NCBI GenBank assembly: GCA_965224485.1
Contig: CBDCZH010000010.1
Location: 320,001 to 384,000, forward strand
From: Arcobacteraceae bacterium
GTDB lineage: Bacteria > Campylobacterota > Campylobacteria > Campylobacterales > Arcobacteraceae
Length of the DNA stretch: 64,000 nt
Reading direction: 5' to 3'
A program made the translations under genes and the position numbers. Position 1 is the stretch's first letter. Each line of letters opens with the position of its first letter. Of this stretch, positions 40,295 through 50,716 are shown piece after piece. A model generated the notes under the pieces. The model ran no database searches and was not told the DNA's origin. It saw nothing but the letters and a program-made list of their open reading frames with translations.

Positions 40295-40561
40295 ATGGAT
40301 TATAAAGAGTTTGAAGAAGCAGTTGATTTTTTAGGAATTTTATCTAGAACTTCAAAAAAAGATTTAAAAAAGAAGTATTTGAAACTTTGCAAAAGATACC
40401 ATCCCGATGTTCAAAATGGTTGTAATGAAAAGTTTTTAAAGTTAAAAAAGTCTTATGACTTATTAAGTTCTTATATGGATAGTTTTGAGTTTATCTGTGA
40501 TGAAGATGAGTTTAAAGAACAAAACCCATCTTTTATGAATTATAAAAATTGGAATAAATAA
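40295..40561 (+). CDS. DnaJ-domain protein
   Basis: KKKYLKLCKRYHPD. Confidence 0.85.
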   Translation: MDYKEFEEAVDFLGILSRTSKKDLKKKYLKLCKRYHPDVQNGCNEKFLKLKKSYDLLSSYMDSFEFICDEDEFKEQNPSFMNYKNWNK

Positions 40562-40570
40562 GGAAAAAAG

Positions 40571-41428
40571 ATGTATGAAAATCAAGTAAGAGATTTAAGT
40601 TTTGCTTCTTTGGTTGCTGATGCTCATTGTTTAGGAACACATTGGATATATGATGAAAAAGAGTTGAAAAAAGATGATATAGATTGGCATAACTTATCTA
40701 ATGCAAGAGCAGTATGGCATAAGGGAAAACTATCAGGCCAGTTTACTCATTATGGGGAACAGTTATATTTCTTATATAAGTTCTTAGAAGATAAAAACAG
40801 TTTTAACTTAGAAGAATATATGAATTATTGGTATAAAAAAATGTCTATTTCTAATTCTTATATTGATAGTGCTAGTAAAGAAACCATGATTAATATGCAA
40901 AATAAAAAAACTCTTCCTTGTGGTTCTAATTCACATGATTTATCAATAATTGGAAGAATTACACCCTTATTAAAGGTATCACAAAATAAAAGTGAATTTT
41001 TAAGTAATGTACAACTTTTTGTAAAAGCAAGCCATAATAACTCTTCTGTTTTGGAAACAGCTGATTTTTTCGCAAATTTATTATTAGAAGTTTTAGAAAA
41101 CAATGATATAAAAAGCTCTATTTCTTCTTTAAAATTAAACTATTCAAGTTTACTTCAATCTTATATAAAACAAGCCCAAGATGTTTTAAACGATGATAGT
41201 TTCAAAGTAATAAATAATTTTGGAATAGCTTGCAGTATTGAGGGTGGTTTTCCTTCTGTTATTTATATTTTATTAAAATATGATAATTTGGAAGAAGCTT
41301 TATTGGCAAATGCAAAAGCAGGAGGGGATAACTCTTCTCGTGCAATGATAATTGCTTTTATTCTAAGTGCAAGAAAGAAAACAAATCAACTTCCTTCTTC
41401 TTGGACTAGGATAAAAGCAAAAATATAA
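40571..41428 (+). CDS. ADP-ribosylglycohydrolase family protein
   Basis: ADA..LG.HW.YD, FTHYG, NAKAGGDNSSRA. Confidence 0.8.
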   Translation: MYENQVRDLSFASLVADAHCLGTHWIYDEKELKKDDIDWHNLSNARAVWHKGKLSGQFTHYGEQLYFLYKFLEDKNSFNLEEYMNYWYKKMSISNSYIDSASKETMINMQNKKTLPCGSNSHDLSIIGRITPLLKVSQNKSEFLSNVQLFVKASHNNSSVLETADFFANLLLEVLENNDIKSSISSLKLNYSSLLQSYIKQAQDVLNDDSFKVINNFGIACSIEGGFPSVIYILLKYDNLEEALLANAKAGGDNSSRAMIIAFILSARKKTNQLPSSWTRIKAKI

Positions 41429-41440
41429 ATGAAAAAAAGA

Positions 41441-42067
41441 CTAAAAATAGATATTGCAACTTAAATCTTTAATCTGTTTTACGATTTTATTGGCTTCATT
41501 AAAAGTGATATTTATAGGATAAGCTTCTTTTTTGTATTGTAAAACTAAAGAAGGGAAAGAGTTTATTTTAAGTCTGTTTTTTTGTTTTAAATCATTTTGA
41601 AACAAAAGAAGTGTTTTTTGTGAGTTTAAATCTTTTTTAAATTTATTAATATCTAAAGAAATACTTTTTGCAATATTTATTAAAATATTTTCTTCACTTG
41701 GATTTAATGCTTTTGTATAATATGCTTCTTGAATAGCTTCTAACATCTCTTCTTCTTTATTTTGCACTCTTGCTGCTATTACTGCTTGACAAGAGAGATA
41801 AGTTGAGCGTTTCGCTATATTTCTACTCCAAAAGTTGTGATTGAATTTTACGCCTAAATCTTTTTCAATTCTTTTCCACGTATTTTGAATATTTATTTTT
41901 AGCTCTGTACTCATTTCCTCATTTGAGGTTTTAGCTAATCCTCCTGCAATATAAATAATATTTACATTTGAGTCAAGATTTTTTTTTACTTCTTCAAGTG
42001 TTTTAGCAAAAGCATAACACCAAGAGCACATAGGGTCATAAATATAATATAAGTTACTTTTTATCAT
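41441..42067 (-). CDS. DsbA/FrnE-family thioredoxin-like protein
   Basis: YDPMCSWC, SFPSL. Confidence 0.88.
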   Translation of the reverse strand: MIKSNLYYIYDPMCSWCYAFAKTLEEVKKNLDSNVNIIYIAGGLAKTSNEEMSTELKINIQNTWKRIEKDLGVKFNHNFWSRNIAKRSTYLSCQAVIAARVQNKEEEMLEAIQEAYYTKALNPSEENILINIAKSISLDINKFKKDLNSQKTLLLFQNDLKQKNRLKINSFPSLVLQYKKEAYPINITFNEANKIVKQIKDLSCNIYF

Positions 42068-42155
42068 AAAGAAATAATATCAAATTTTTTATTATCTCAA
42101 ATAAAGTAAAAAAATTTTTTAATAAATAAAGTATAATTTAATAAAAGGAATAAAA

Positions 42156-43046
42156 TTGTTAGACTATGATATGCCCTTATATAGACCACCAGCAGAAGCT
42201 TATAATGTAATTATTCAAGTTACCTTAGGTTGTAGTTTCAATAAATGCGCTTTTTGCTCTATGTATGAAGATAAAGAGTATAAACAAAGAGATTTTAAAA
42301 AAATATGTGAAGATATTGATACTATGGTTTCTTATTATCCACAAAGTACAAAAGTATTTTTAGCAGATGGTGATGCCTTAAATTTAGAAACATCTTTTTT
42401 AGTGAAAATTCTAGAGTATTTATATAAAAACTTTACAAAACTAAGACGAGTTTCTTCTTATGCCTCTCCTTTTAATTTATTACAAAAAAGTCAAGAAGAA
42501 TTAAATCTCATAAAAGAAAAAGGTCTTGGTTTAATTTATTATGGAATAGAAAGTGGAAATGAAAAGATTTTAAAAGCAATAAATAAACCTATGAAAGCTA
42601 ATAAAATGATTGAAGGTTTAAACAAAGCTAGTCTTGCAGGTATAAAAATATCAGCAACTATAATTTTAGGACTTGCTGGTAAAAACTTTTCAAAAGAACA
42701 TATTACACAAAGTGCCAAACTTATAAATTCCTGTACTCATATAAATTATTTATCAAGTTTACAACTTGGATTAAGTGATAAAAAAGAAGATAAATATTTT
42801 AAAAACTTTGAAAAGACTATAGGAGCGTTTGAGTTTTGTAGTGATAATGAAATGTTAGAAGAGCAACTTCTATTAATATCTTTGTTAAGTCCAAAAAGTA
42901 GAATTATTTTTAGATCAAACCATGCTTCAAACTCTTTACCCTTAAAAGGAACCTTGCCTAAAGATAAAGATAAGTTAATAGAAGTTTTAAAAGTTGCTCT
43001 AAAAGATGAAAGCCTTCTAAGACCCAAAAGTCTTAGAGGTTTTTAA
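42156..43046 (+). CDS. radical SAM protein
   Basis: YRPPAEA, GCSFNKCAFC, FLADGDAL, FRSNHASN. Confidence 0.9.
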   Translation: MLDYDMPLYRPPAEAYNVIIQVTLGCSFNKCAFCSMYEDKEYKQRDFKKICEDIDTMVSYYPQSTKVFLADGDALNLETSFLVKILEYLYKNFTKLRRVSSYASPFNLLQKSQEELNLIKEKGLGLIYYGIESGNEKILKAINKPMKANKMIEGLNKASLAGIKISATIILGLAGKNFSKEHITQSAKLINSCTHINYLSSLQLGLSDKKEDKYFKNFEKTIGAFEFCSDNEMLEEQLLLISLLSPKSRIIFRSNHASNSLPLKGTLPKDKDKLIEVLKVALKDESLLRPKSLRGF

Positions 43047-43073
43047 GAGTTTTTGTTTTTATAAAAAAAGTAC

Positions 43074-43865
43074 TTAGTTAAGATTTAACTCCAAAACAAT
43101 AGGGCAGTGGTCACTTCCTAATACATCTTTTAGAATATAAGCATCTTTAATACAATGCTTTAAATCTTCACTAACGTAAAAATAATCAATTCTCCAGCCA
43201 ACATTGTTAGCTCTTGCATTAGCTCTATAAGACCACCATGAATAATGCTCTTTTTCATCGCCTTTAATATGTCTAAAAGTATCAACATAACCACAAGCTA
43301 AGAATTTATCCATCCACTCTCTCTCCATTGGCAAAAATCCAGATATTTTTTCATTTGCTTTAGGACGTGCTAAATCAATCTCTTTATGAGCAGTATTAAC
43401 ATCACCACAAACAATAATTGATTTACCTTCTTTTTTAAGATTTTCACAATGTTCTAAAAATCTATCATAAAATTCCATTTTGTAAACTAATCTATCTTCT
43501 TTACTTTGACCATTTGGAAAATAAACATTAAAAAAAGCTATTTCTTTACCTTCAAGTGTAAAATGAACTTCATTTATTCTTCCCTCATCTAAAACATCAA
43601 CTGTATCACAAGTATCAGCTTTAAAAAGTTTAATATCTGTATATAAAGCAGTTCCAGATCTACCTTTTATTGCTGATTGGCTTACAACAATATTTTCATA
43701 AACTCTTTCAAAAATAGTTGTAGGAATTTGTTCTGCTTGTGCTTTTGTTTCTTGAATACCTAAAATATCAATATCTGCCTCATCTACCCATTTTAAAGCT
43801 TCTTTTTTATCAACTGCTCTAATTCCGTTAACATTCCATGATACAAATTTATATGTTTTGTTCAT
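43074..43865 (-). CDS. xth: exodeoxyribonuclease III
   Basis: SWNVNGIRA, QETK, GDVNTAH, GWRIDY, SDHCP. Confidence 0.96.
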   Translation of the reverse strand: MNKTYKFVSWNVNGIRAVDKKEALKWVDEADIDILGIQETKAQAEQIPTTIFERVYENIVVSQSAIKGRSGTALYTDIKLFKADTCDTVDVLDEGRINEVHFTLEGKEIAFFNVYFPNGQSKEDRLVYKMEFYDRFLEHCENLKKEGKSIIVCGDVNTAHKEIDLARPKANEKISGFLPMEREWMDKFLACGYVDTFRHIKGDEKEHYSWWSYRANARANNVGWRIDYFYVSEDLKHCIKDAYILKDVLGSDHCPIVLELNLN

Positions 43866-44092
43866 TACTTTTTATCCTTATTGAATTTTTCTATTTTTTC
43901 TATTTTATCAATTTTAATTCTATTTGATTTGATTGTCTTTTTTTCTTTTTTTAATGTTAAACCCAACATATCTGAAAAAGAACTTTTTTTACTTATTAAA
44001 GGATCTTTCTTTCCTCCATGAGTAGCAATAAAAACTTTTTCATAAGCAAAAGATTGTGAAATTAAAAAAAATGATAGTATTAATATTTTCAT
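43865..44092 (-). CDS. small exported hypothetical protein
   Basis: Signal peptide SQSFA; overlaps both neighbouring genes. Confidence 0.65.
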   Translation of the reverse strand: MKILILSFFLISQSFAYEKVFIATHGGKKDPLISKKSSFSDMLGLTLKKEKKTIKSNRIKIDKIEKIEKFNKDKK

Positions 44093-44334
44093 GTTTTTCT
44101 CTCTTTTTTATTTTTATACATTGCATATAAGGTAATTATTATCCAAAAAACTTCAATAATAAAAGAACCTAAGTTAAAATGTACACATAATGAAATAAGT
44201 AATAGTATAGCACCAAAAAGGTTTAATAATTGATAGTATAAAGAACTTAAATTTGTTTTTTTAGTTTGAAGTAAAAAATAGCTATAAACAATAAAAGCCA
44301 TTCCTATAAAACCAATAAATTGGTATATGTCCAC
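44089..44334 (-). CDS. CBU_0592-like small membrane protein
   Basis: Y..LNL.GA.LL..SL...FN..S..IE.FW pattern. Confidence 0.75.
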   Translation of the reverse strand: MDIYQFIGFIGMAFIVYSYFLLQTKKTNLSSLYYQLLNLFGAILLLISLCVHFNLGSFIIEVFWIIITLYAMYKNKKERKT

Positions 44335-44342
44335 GTTACATC

Positions 44343-45008
44343 CTAGTGTGAGTTTATAATATCTTTTTTAATCGCCCTTAAAATATCTTTGCTTTTAGCT
44401 CTTTTTGTATAATCTTCTTCAACAAAAGAAAAAATTATTTCATAATTTTTGTTAATTATAAAAATAGCAGGAAAAGGAAGTTCAAAAGTATTACTTTTAT
44501 TCAATTGTAGTAAATCTATGCCAAAAGATTCATAAATATTTTTTAATTTATCACTAAGTGTAAAAACTATTCCAAAGTTATTTGCAATAGTACTATTTTT
44601 ATCACTCAAAACTTCAAATGTAAGTCTGTTTTGATTTTTTGTAATAAGTGAATAAAAAGGACTTTGTGGTGAAAGAGCAAGTATTTTGCAGTTTAAAATT
44701 TTAAGTTCTTTTTTGATTTTTTCTAAATCTTGTAACTCTTTATTACAATAAGGACACCAAACACCTCTAAAAAAGTTTAAAAGTGTATATTTGTTTTTAT
44801 CAATAATATCTTTAATATGAATTATTTTGGAATTTGCGTTAAGTAAAGAGAAATCAATTATTTTATCTTTTTGTTTTAAGGCCAAATTTTTAAGATTTTT
44901 TTCTTCAAGCTTTTGATTTTCTAAAGATACTATTTTTTGTATTTTTTCATCTGTTATTTTTACCTGTTTTATTTCATAATTTGAAATATCTTCTTCTGAG
45001 TTTTTCAT
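44343..45008 (-). CDS. peroxiredoxin-like AhpC/TSA protein
   Basis: FFRGVWCPYC, LSD, LPFPA.FII, DYTKRA. Confidence 0.88.
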   Translation of the reverse strand: MKNSEEDISNYEIKQVKITDEKIQKIVSLENQKLEEKNLKNLALKQKDKIIDFSLLNANSKIIHIKDIIDKNKYTLLNFFRGVWCPYCNKELQDLEKIKKELKILNCKILALSPQSPFYSLITKNQNRLTFEVLSDKNSTIANNFGIVFTLSDKLKNIYESFGIDLLQLNKSNTFELPFPAIFIINKNYEIIFSFVEEDYTKRAKSKDILRAIKKDIINSH

Positions 45009-45165
45009 TTTTTATCCTTTTGAATAACAGTTACTTATAATTTAACAGATATTAAAGTTAATATTCCTTATGATTTATTATAATTAGTAATAATTAAAGA
45101 TACTTTAAAAATTAACTGTAGATTTAAGAAGAATTTACTATGATTGATAAAAAATTAGGAGTGTT

Positions 45166-45882
45166 ATGGAAGAAATAATTATTTTAGGTCTTATTACATT
45201 TTTCACTTCAAGTGTAGCTGGAATTGTTGGTTTAGGAGGAGGAATGATGTTAATTGCAATCTTACCCTCATTCTTGCCACTAAGCGCTTTAATTCCTGTG
45301 CATGGTTTAACGCAAATGTCAAGTAATATTTCACGAGCTTTTTTTGGCTTTAAAGATATACAAAAAGAAGTTATTCCAAAATTCTTATTAGGCTCTTTTT
45401 TAGGAATTGCTGTTTTCGCTTCTATAATATTTTACATTTCTTTAGAATATGTGCCTTTATTTATAGGTATTTATATTCTTTTATCTTTATGGTCTAAAAA
45501 ATTCAATGAAAAAATAAAACATTATGAAAGTTACTTTTTAGCTGGATTTTTTCAAACAGGTTTTTCTATAATTGTAGGAGCAACTGGACCTTTAACCATG
45601 ACCTTATTATTAAAAGATTATAAAGACAAGAATAAAGTAGTTGCAACAGGTGCTGCCTTAATGAGTATAACTCATATTTTAAAAGTATTTGTTTTTATCT
45701 TTTTTGGTTTTGTATTTTTTGATTATATTGGTATTTTAAGCTCTATGATAATAGGGGCTGTTGCTGGATCTTATGTGGGAACTAAATATAGACATAAAAT
45801 AGATGGTAAAAAGTTCTTATTTACCTTAAAACTACTTCTTTCAGCTCTTGCTGTTAAATTAATATTAGGTCTTTTATTCTAA
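45166..45882 (+). CDS. TauE/SafE-family permease
   Basis: GIVGLGGG, GATGP; multi-TM. Confidence 0.85.
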   Translation: MEEIIILGLITFFTSSVAGIVGLGGGMMLIAILPSFLPLSALIPVHGLTQMSSNISRAFFGFKDIQKEVIPKFLLGSFLGIAVFASIIFYISLEYVPLFIGIYILLSLWSKKFNEKIKHYESYFLAGFFQTGFSIIVGATGPLTMTLLLKDYKDKNKVVATGAALMSITHILKVFVFIFFGFVFFDYIGILSSMIIGAVAGSYVGTKYRHKIDGKKFLFTLKLLLSALAVKLILGLLF

Positions 45883-47057
45883 TGCAAAATATATTTAAAT
45901 CAAAAATTGCTTTATTATATGTAATGAATATATCTATGTTATTCTCTTTTTCAGCATGGATGAGTATGCTAAATAATTTTGTAATTGAAGTTGCTTCTTT
46001 TGATGGAAGCCAAATTGGAGTTTTACAAAGTTTAAGAGAAATACCTGGTTTCTTAGCTTTTACTATTGTCTTTCTTCTTTTATTTATAGCCCAACAAAGA
46101 TTAGCGTATATTTCAATGATGGTTTTAGGTTTTGGAACACTTTTAACAGGATTTTATCCTAGTGTTTTGGGACTTTACATTACAACAGTTCTTATGTCAA
46201 CAGGTTTTCATTATTTAGAAACATTAAACCAATCTTTATCTTTGCAGTGGCTAAAAAAAGAAGAAGCTCCTTTGATTTTAGGAAAAATATCTGCTGTTAA
46301 ATCTTTTGTAGGTCTTATTGTTTTTGTCTTAATTTATATAATGATGAAATTCTATTCCTTAGAGTATAAATACGTATATATGTTTTTTGGAAGTATTACT
46401 TTTATTTTGGGTTTGTTATCTTGGTTTCTATTTAAACACTTTGAAGATGATATTATTCACGAAAAAAGTTTAAAGTTAAAAAAACAGTACTGGTTATTTT
46501 ATGTATTAACTTTTTTTGCAGGAGCAAGAAGACAAATTTTTGTAGTATTTGCAGGATTTTTATTAGTTGAAAAGTTTGGAGTTGATGTTCATAATATGCT
46601 TATATTACTTTTTATAAACTCACTATTTAATATGTATTTTGCACCAAGGGTTGGAAAATTTATAATTAAGTATTCAGAAAGACTTACGTTAAGATTAGAG
46701 TATATTGGACTTATTTTAGTTTTTATCTCTTATGCTTTTGTGGAAAATCTTTATTTGGCTTATTTACTGTTTTTGATTGATCATCTGTTATTTTCAATGA
46801 GTATTGCTTTAAAAACGTATTTCCAAAAAATAGCCAATCCTAAAGACATAGCTAGTGCTTCAGCTATTTCTTTTACTATAAATCATATAGCTGCAATATT
46901 TTTACCTATTTTACTGGGTCTTGTATGGCTTTATTCTTATTCTTTGGTTTTTGTAATAGGTTCTTTTATTGCAATTTTTTCTCTTGGTTTATCTTTTTTA
47001 ATTCCAAAAAACCCAAAAGAAGGACATGAAACTCTATTATTTAAAAGTTTCAAATAA
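45882..47057 (+). CDS. MFS transporter
   Basis: LQSLREIPGFLAF, GARRQIF, FTINHIAA; 12 TM. Confidence 0.88.
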   Translation: MQNIFKSKIALLYVMNISMLFSFSAWMSMLNNFVIEVASFDGSQIGVLQSLREIPGFLAFTIVFLLLFIAQQRLAYISMMVLGFGTLLTGFYPSVLGLYITTVLMSTGFHYLETLNQSLSLQWLKKEEAPLILGKISAVKSFVGLIVFVLIYIMMKFYSLEYKYVYMFFGSITFILGLLSWFLFKHFEDDIIHEKSLKLKKQYWLFYVLTFFAGARRQIFVVFAGFLLVEKFGVDVHNMLILLFINSLFNMYFAPRVGKFIIKYSERLTLRLEYIGLILVFISYAFVENLYLAYLLFLIDHLLFSMSIALKTYFQKIANPKDIASASAISFTINHIAAIFLPILLGLVWLYSYSLVFVIGSFIAIFSLGLSFLIPKNPKEGHETLLFKSFK

Positions 47058-47964
47058 AATATTGTAAAACAATAATAATTACAAAAATAGATAAAAGTGT
47101 TTGAACACTTATAATAGAAGACATAAGTTTCACATCACCTTTTAATTGCCTTGCAAAAATAAAAGATGAAGGTGCAGTTGGAAGAGTTGCGAAAATAATT
47201 AAAATTGAAGTCATTACTTCATTTAAGTTAAAAAAACTTGCAAAGATATACATAAGTAAAGGACTTAAAAAAAGTTTAGCAAAACTTGAAGTAAATATTT
47301 CGCTCCTAGAATTTTTCATATCTTTTAAAACTAAAGCAAAACCAACAGATAACAGTCCCATAGGAAGTGCTGCTTGGCTTAGTATTGCAAGGATTTTTTC
47401 TATAACTAAAGGAAGTTCTAGAGCAAAAAAGTTAAGACTTCCTCCAAAAAAACAAGCTAAAATCAAAGGGTTTGTCAGAATTGATTTAAGTAAGTATATA
47501 AAGTTTATTTTATTTTCACTTAAATATAAAGCAAAAATAGATATGCAAATTATATTTATTAATGGAATTATAAAGGTTATTAAAATAGCAGCTAAAATCA
47601 GACCATCATTTCCAAAAATTGAAGAACATAGGGCTAAAAAAACATAAGTATTGAATCTAATTCCTCCTTGAACGACAGAGGTAAAAGATGCATCTTTAAA
47701 ATGTAAAAACTTATTTGTCAAGATTAAAATTAATAAAATTGTAAAAATACAAAGAATGGCTGTTAAAACAAAGTTAAAACTATTAGCAGCTTCTATATTT
47801 GCACTTGATAGTTTATACACTAATAAGGAGGGCATTAAAATATAATATGTTAACTTATCAGCCATTGGCCAAAAATCTAAAGATGGAAACTTAATCTTTT
47901 TAAAAAAATAACCAATAATTATAAGAGAAAAAACTGGAATAAGTGCTGTTATTATATGAATCAT
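47050..47964 (-). CDS. AEC family transporter
   Basis: YYILMPSL, RFNTY, NPLILA, LPTA. Confidence 0.88.
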   Translation of the reverse strand: MIHIITALIPVFSLIIIGYFFKKIKFPSLDFWPMADKLTYYILMPSLLVYKLSSANIEAANSFNFVLTAILCIFTILLILILTNKFLHFKDASFTSVVQGGIRFNTYVFLALCSSIFGNDGLILAAILITFIIPLINIICISIFALYLSENKINFIYLLKSILTNPLILACFFGGSLNFFALELPLVIEKILAILSQAALPMGLLSVGFALVLKDMKNSRSEIFTSSFAKLFLSPLLMYIFASFFNLNEVMTSILIIFATLPTAPSSFIFARQLKGDVKLMSSIISVQTLLSIFVIIIVLQYFI

Positions 47965-48058
47965 ATGATTCTCTTTATTTTAAATTTTACTAATTTCTTG
48001 TACAATGAAACAATTATGAAACTTTATCTTAGCCAAGCTAAAGTAAAAATAAAATTAT

Positions 48059-50716
48059 ATGGAATTAAAAAGAATGATATTTAATAAAAACAAAAAATAT
48101 AATTTAGATGATATAGAAAGGCTTTTTTCAAGAATACCAGTTGCTTTTATTATGTTATTAGCTTTTTTACTAATTGTAATTTCTTATTTTATTCTTGAAA
48201 TTAAAGCAAATCGTGAAATAGACTTAATTAAGCAAAAATATATTTTAGAATATGAGCTTAGTAAAAAAGAAGATTTATTAAATTTTATTAATGATGTTGA
48301 TATAGAAGTAAATAAAAATTTTTCCATTTTAAAAAATTCACTAAAAGAGTTGACATATAAAACAATTGGTTATATAGAAGCAACTTCTTTAAAAGATTTT
48401 GGGATAATTAGAATATATTTAAATAAAATAGAAAAAGAGACAAAAACTAAACTTGTTATCTTTAGAAAAAAAGATTTAAAAATCTTACATGGACAAAACT
48501 CGATAAATTATATACAAGATTTGATTTTTTCTTCAAAAGTAAATAAAAACAATTTAAATATCACACTTAAATATATTTATTCTCAAGGAAAAAATAACTT
48601 ACAATATTGGAGAGATGATTTAAAAAGAACAATAAGATTATCTTTTTTTGATTCTATTAAAATACGTAATGAGGAATATTTTGTAGGCTCTTTTTCAAAT
48701 ATTAACTTAATTAAAGACCTTACAAAAGATTCTATTATAAAGTTAATAAATAGTAAAAAATCTAGTTTTTGGTTTTATGATTTGATTTTACAAGATGTTT
48801 ATAATTTTAACAATACAAATACTTTTATAAGTCCTGTTCATTTATTTAGAGATAAAAAAAATAAAGCAAATTCAAGTTATGATAAATCATATAAAATTTT
48901 AGAACACTATTTTGCTGATTATTCATATTTAGATGATTTCAAAAGTCATACTTATTTATATCGTAAATACAATTTTTTACTTGCTTCTTCTTATGATGAA
49001 AATATTGGAAAAAATGAGATAAAAAGTTTAGTTTATAAAATCAAAAAATTATATAGAAATATATTTTTACAGCTTTGTATTTATATTCTTGTTATAAGTG
49101 CAATTTTAATTCTATCTAGTTTTATTTTTTCAAATTTTATAAAAAAAGTTTTTAATGAATATAATTTTAAATTACAAAAAAAGACTAAATCTTTAGAGCA
49201 TTGGAAAAAAAGATTTGAATTAGCCATTATCGCTTCAAACGATGGTTTATGGGATATAAACTTTAAAAAAGAGAAAATATATTTTTCAGATAAATGGCTT
49301 AATATGTTTGCTTATGAAAAAGATGAAATCAAAGACTTAGATTCCTGGTTTGATTTAATTCATAATGAAGATAGAAAAGAAGTAGAAAAACTTTTCGATA
49401 AAATTTTTTCAAGAAAAGAAGATACTATTATTTGTGAATATAGATTAAAAACAAAAAATGAGGGTTTTAAGTGGGTACTTGCTCGTGGAAAAGCTTTTTA
49501 TGATGAAGATAATAAATTAGAGCGAATGTTAATGATGTCTATGGATATAGATAAAAGTAAAAGAATGAAAAAAGAGTTATTAGATATTGAGCTTTTAGTT
49601 GAAGATGGAAAGATTGTAATTTTTAAGCTTTTTAATGATGAAAAACTTTCTGTTAAATATATCTCAAATAGTATAAAAACATTTGGCTTTACTAAAAAAA
49701 CTTTTGAAAATGCTAGTCTTGATTTTATAAATCTTATTTATAAAGATGATATAAATATAGTAAAACTTGCTATTAAAAATGCTTTAAAAGATGACTTGCC
49801 TTATTTTACCTTTGTTTGTCGTGCTTTAAATTCTAATCTAGAGTTAAGATGGATCTCTTGTAGAATAATTCTAATTAAGAATCACTCAGGAGATGTTAGT
49901 TATTTTTATGGTTATATAAATGACATAACTAAAATCAAAGTATCACAAGAAGAGTTAAAACTAAAAGTTAAAAAAGAGCTTGATAAGAATAGGAATAAGG
50001 ATAAACTTCTAATTCAACAAAGTAAACTAGCAGCGATGGGAGAGATGATAGGTGCAATTGCTCATCAATGGAGACAACCTTTAAATAATGTATCTTTGAT
50101 ATTCCAATTCTTAAGAGATAATTATGAAAATACAAAAATCAAAAAAGAACTTCTTTTAAAATATTTTACAAAAGCAAATACTCAAATAAATTATATGTCT
50201 GATACTATTGATGATTTTAGAAATTTTTATAAACCATCTAAGAGCATGGAAAAATTTGATATAAAAACTGCTTTTGAATCTACTTTAGAATTAATATCAG
50301 CTCAGTTAAAAGATGAGAATATTTGCTTAAATATAAATGTACAAAGTTTAATTTTTAAATCATATGAAAATGAGTTAAAACAATCTTTATTAAATATCTT
50401 AAATAATGCGAAAGATGCAATATTAAGTAAAAAAAGTACAGAAGAATTTGAGGCATATATTAATATTGATGTAAAAAGAGAAAAAAACAATCTTACAATA
50501 TCACTTAGCAATAATGGTGGAATAATCCAGAATGATATTATAAATAGAGTTTTTGAACCATATTTTACAACAAAGTTTGAAACACAAGGAACAGGTATTG
50601 GTTTATATATGACAAAAATTATAATAGAAACAAATATGCATGGAAAAATTGAGGTGAAGAATATCAAAGATGGTGTTTGCTTTGATATTATTTTACCCTT
50701 AGAAGTAGGAGAATAA
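48059..50716 (+). CDS. membrane sensor histidine kinase with PAS domains
   Basis: Two TMs, ASNDGLWD..IH.ED..YRL..W..ARG PAS, AHQWRQPL, GTGIGL. Confidence 0.92.
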   Translation: MELKRMIFNKNKKYNLDDIERLFSRIPVAFIMLLAFLLIVISYFILEIKANREIDLIKQKYILEYELSKKEDLLNFINDVDIEVNKNFSILKNSLKELTYKTIGYIEATSLKDFGIIRIYLNKIEKETKTKLVIFRKKDLKILHGQNSINYIQDLIFSSKVNKNNLNITLKYIYSQGKNNLQYWRDDLKRTIRLSFFDSIKIRNEEYFVGSFSNINLIKDLTKDSIIKLINSKKSSFWFYDLILQDVYNFNNTNTFISPVHLFRDKKNKANSSYDKSYKILEHYFADYSYLDDFKSHTYLYRKYNFLLASSYDENIGKNEIKSLVYKIKKLYRNIFLQLCIYILVISAILILSSFIFSNFIKKVFNEYNFKLQKKTKSLEHWKKRFELAIIASNDGLWDINFKKEKIYFSDKWLNMFAYEKDEIKDLDSWFDLIHNEDRKEVEKLFDKIFSRKEDTIICEYRLKTKNEGFKWVLARGKAFYDEDNKLERMLMMSMDIDKSKRMKKELLDIELLVEDGKIVIFKLFNDEKLSVKYISNSIKTFGFTKKTFENASLDFINLIYKDDINIVKLAIKNALKDDLPYFTFVCRALNSNLELRWISCRIILIKNHSGDVSYFYGYINDITKIKVSQEELKLKVKKELDKNRNKDKLLIQQSKLAAMGEMIGAIAHQWRQPLNNVSLIFQFLRDNYENTKIKKELLLKYFTKANTQINYMSDTIDDFRNFYKPSKSMEKFDIKTAFESTLELISAQLKDENICLNINVQSLIFKSYENELKQSLLNILNNAKDAILSKKSTEEFEAYINIDVKREKNNLTISLSNNGGIIQNDIINRVFEPYFTTKFETQGTGIGLYMTKIIIETNMHGKIEVKNIKDGVCFDIILPLEVGE

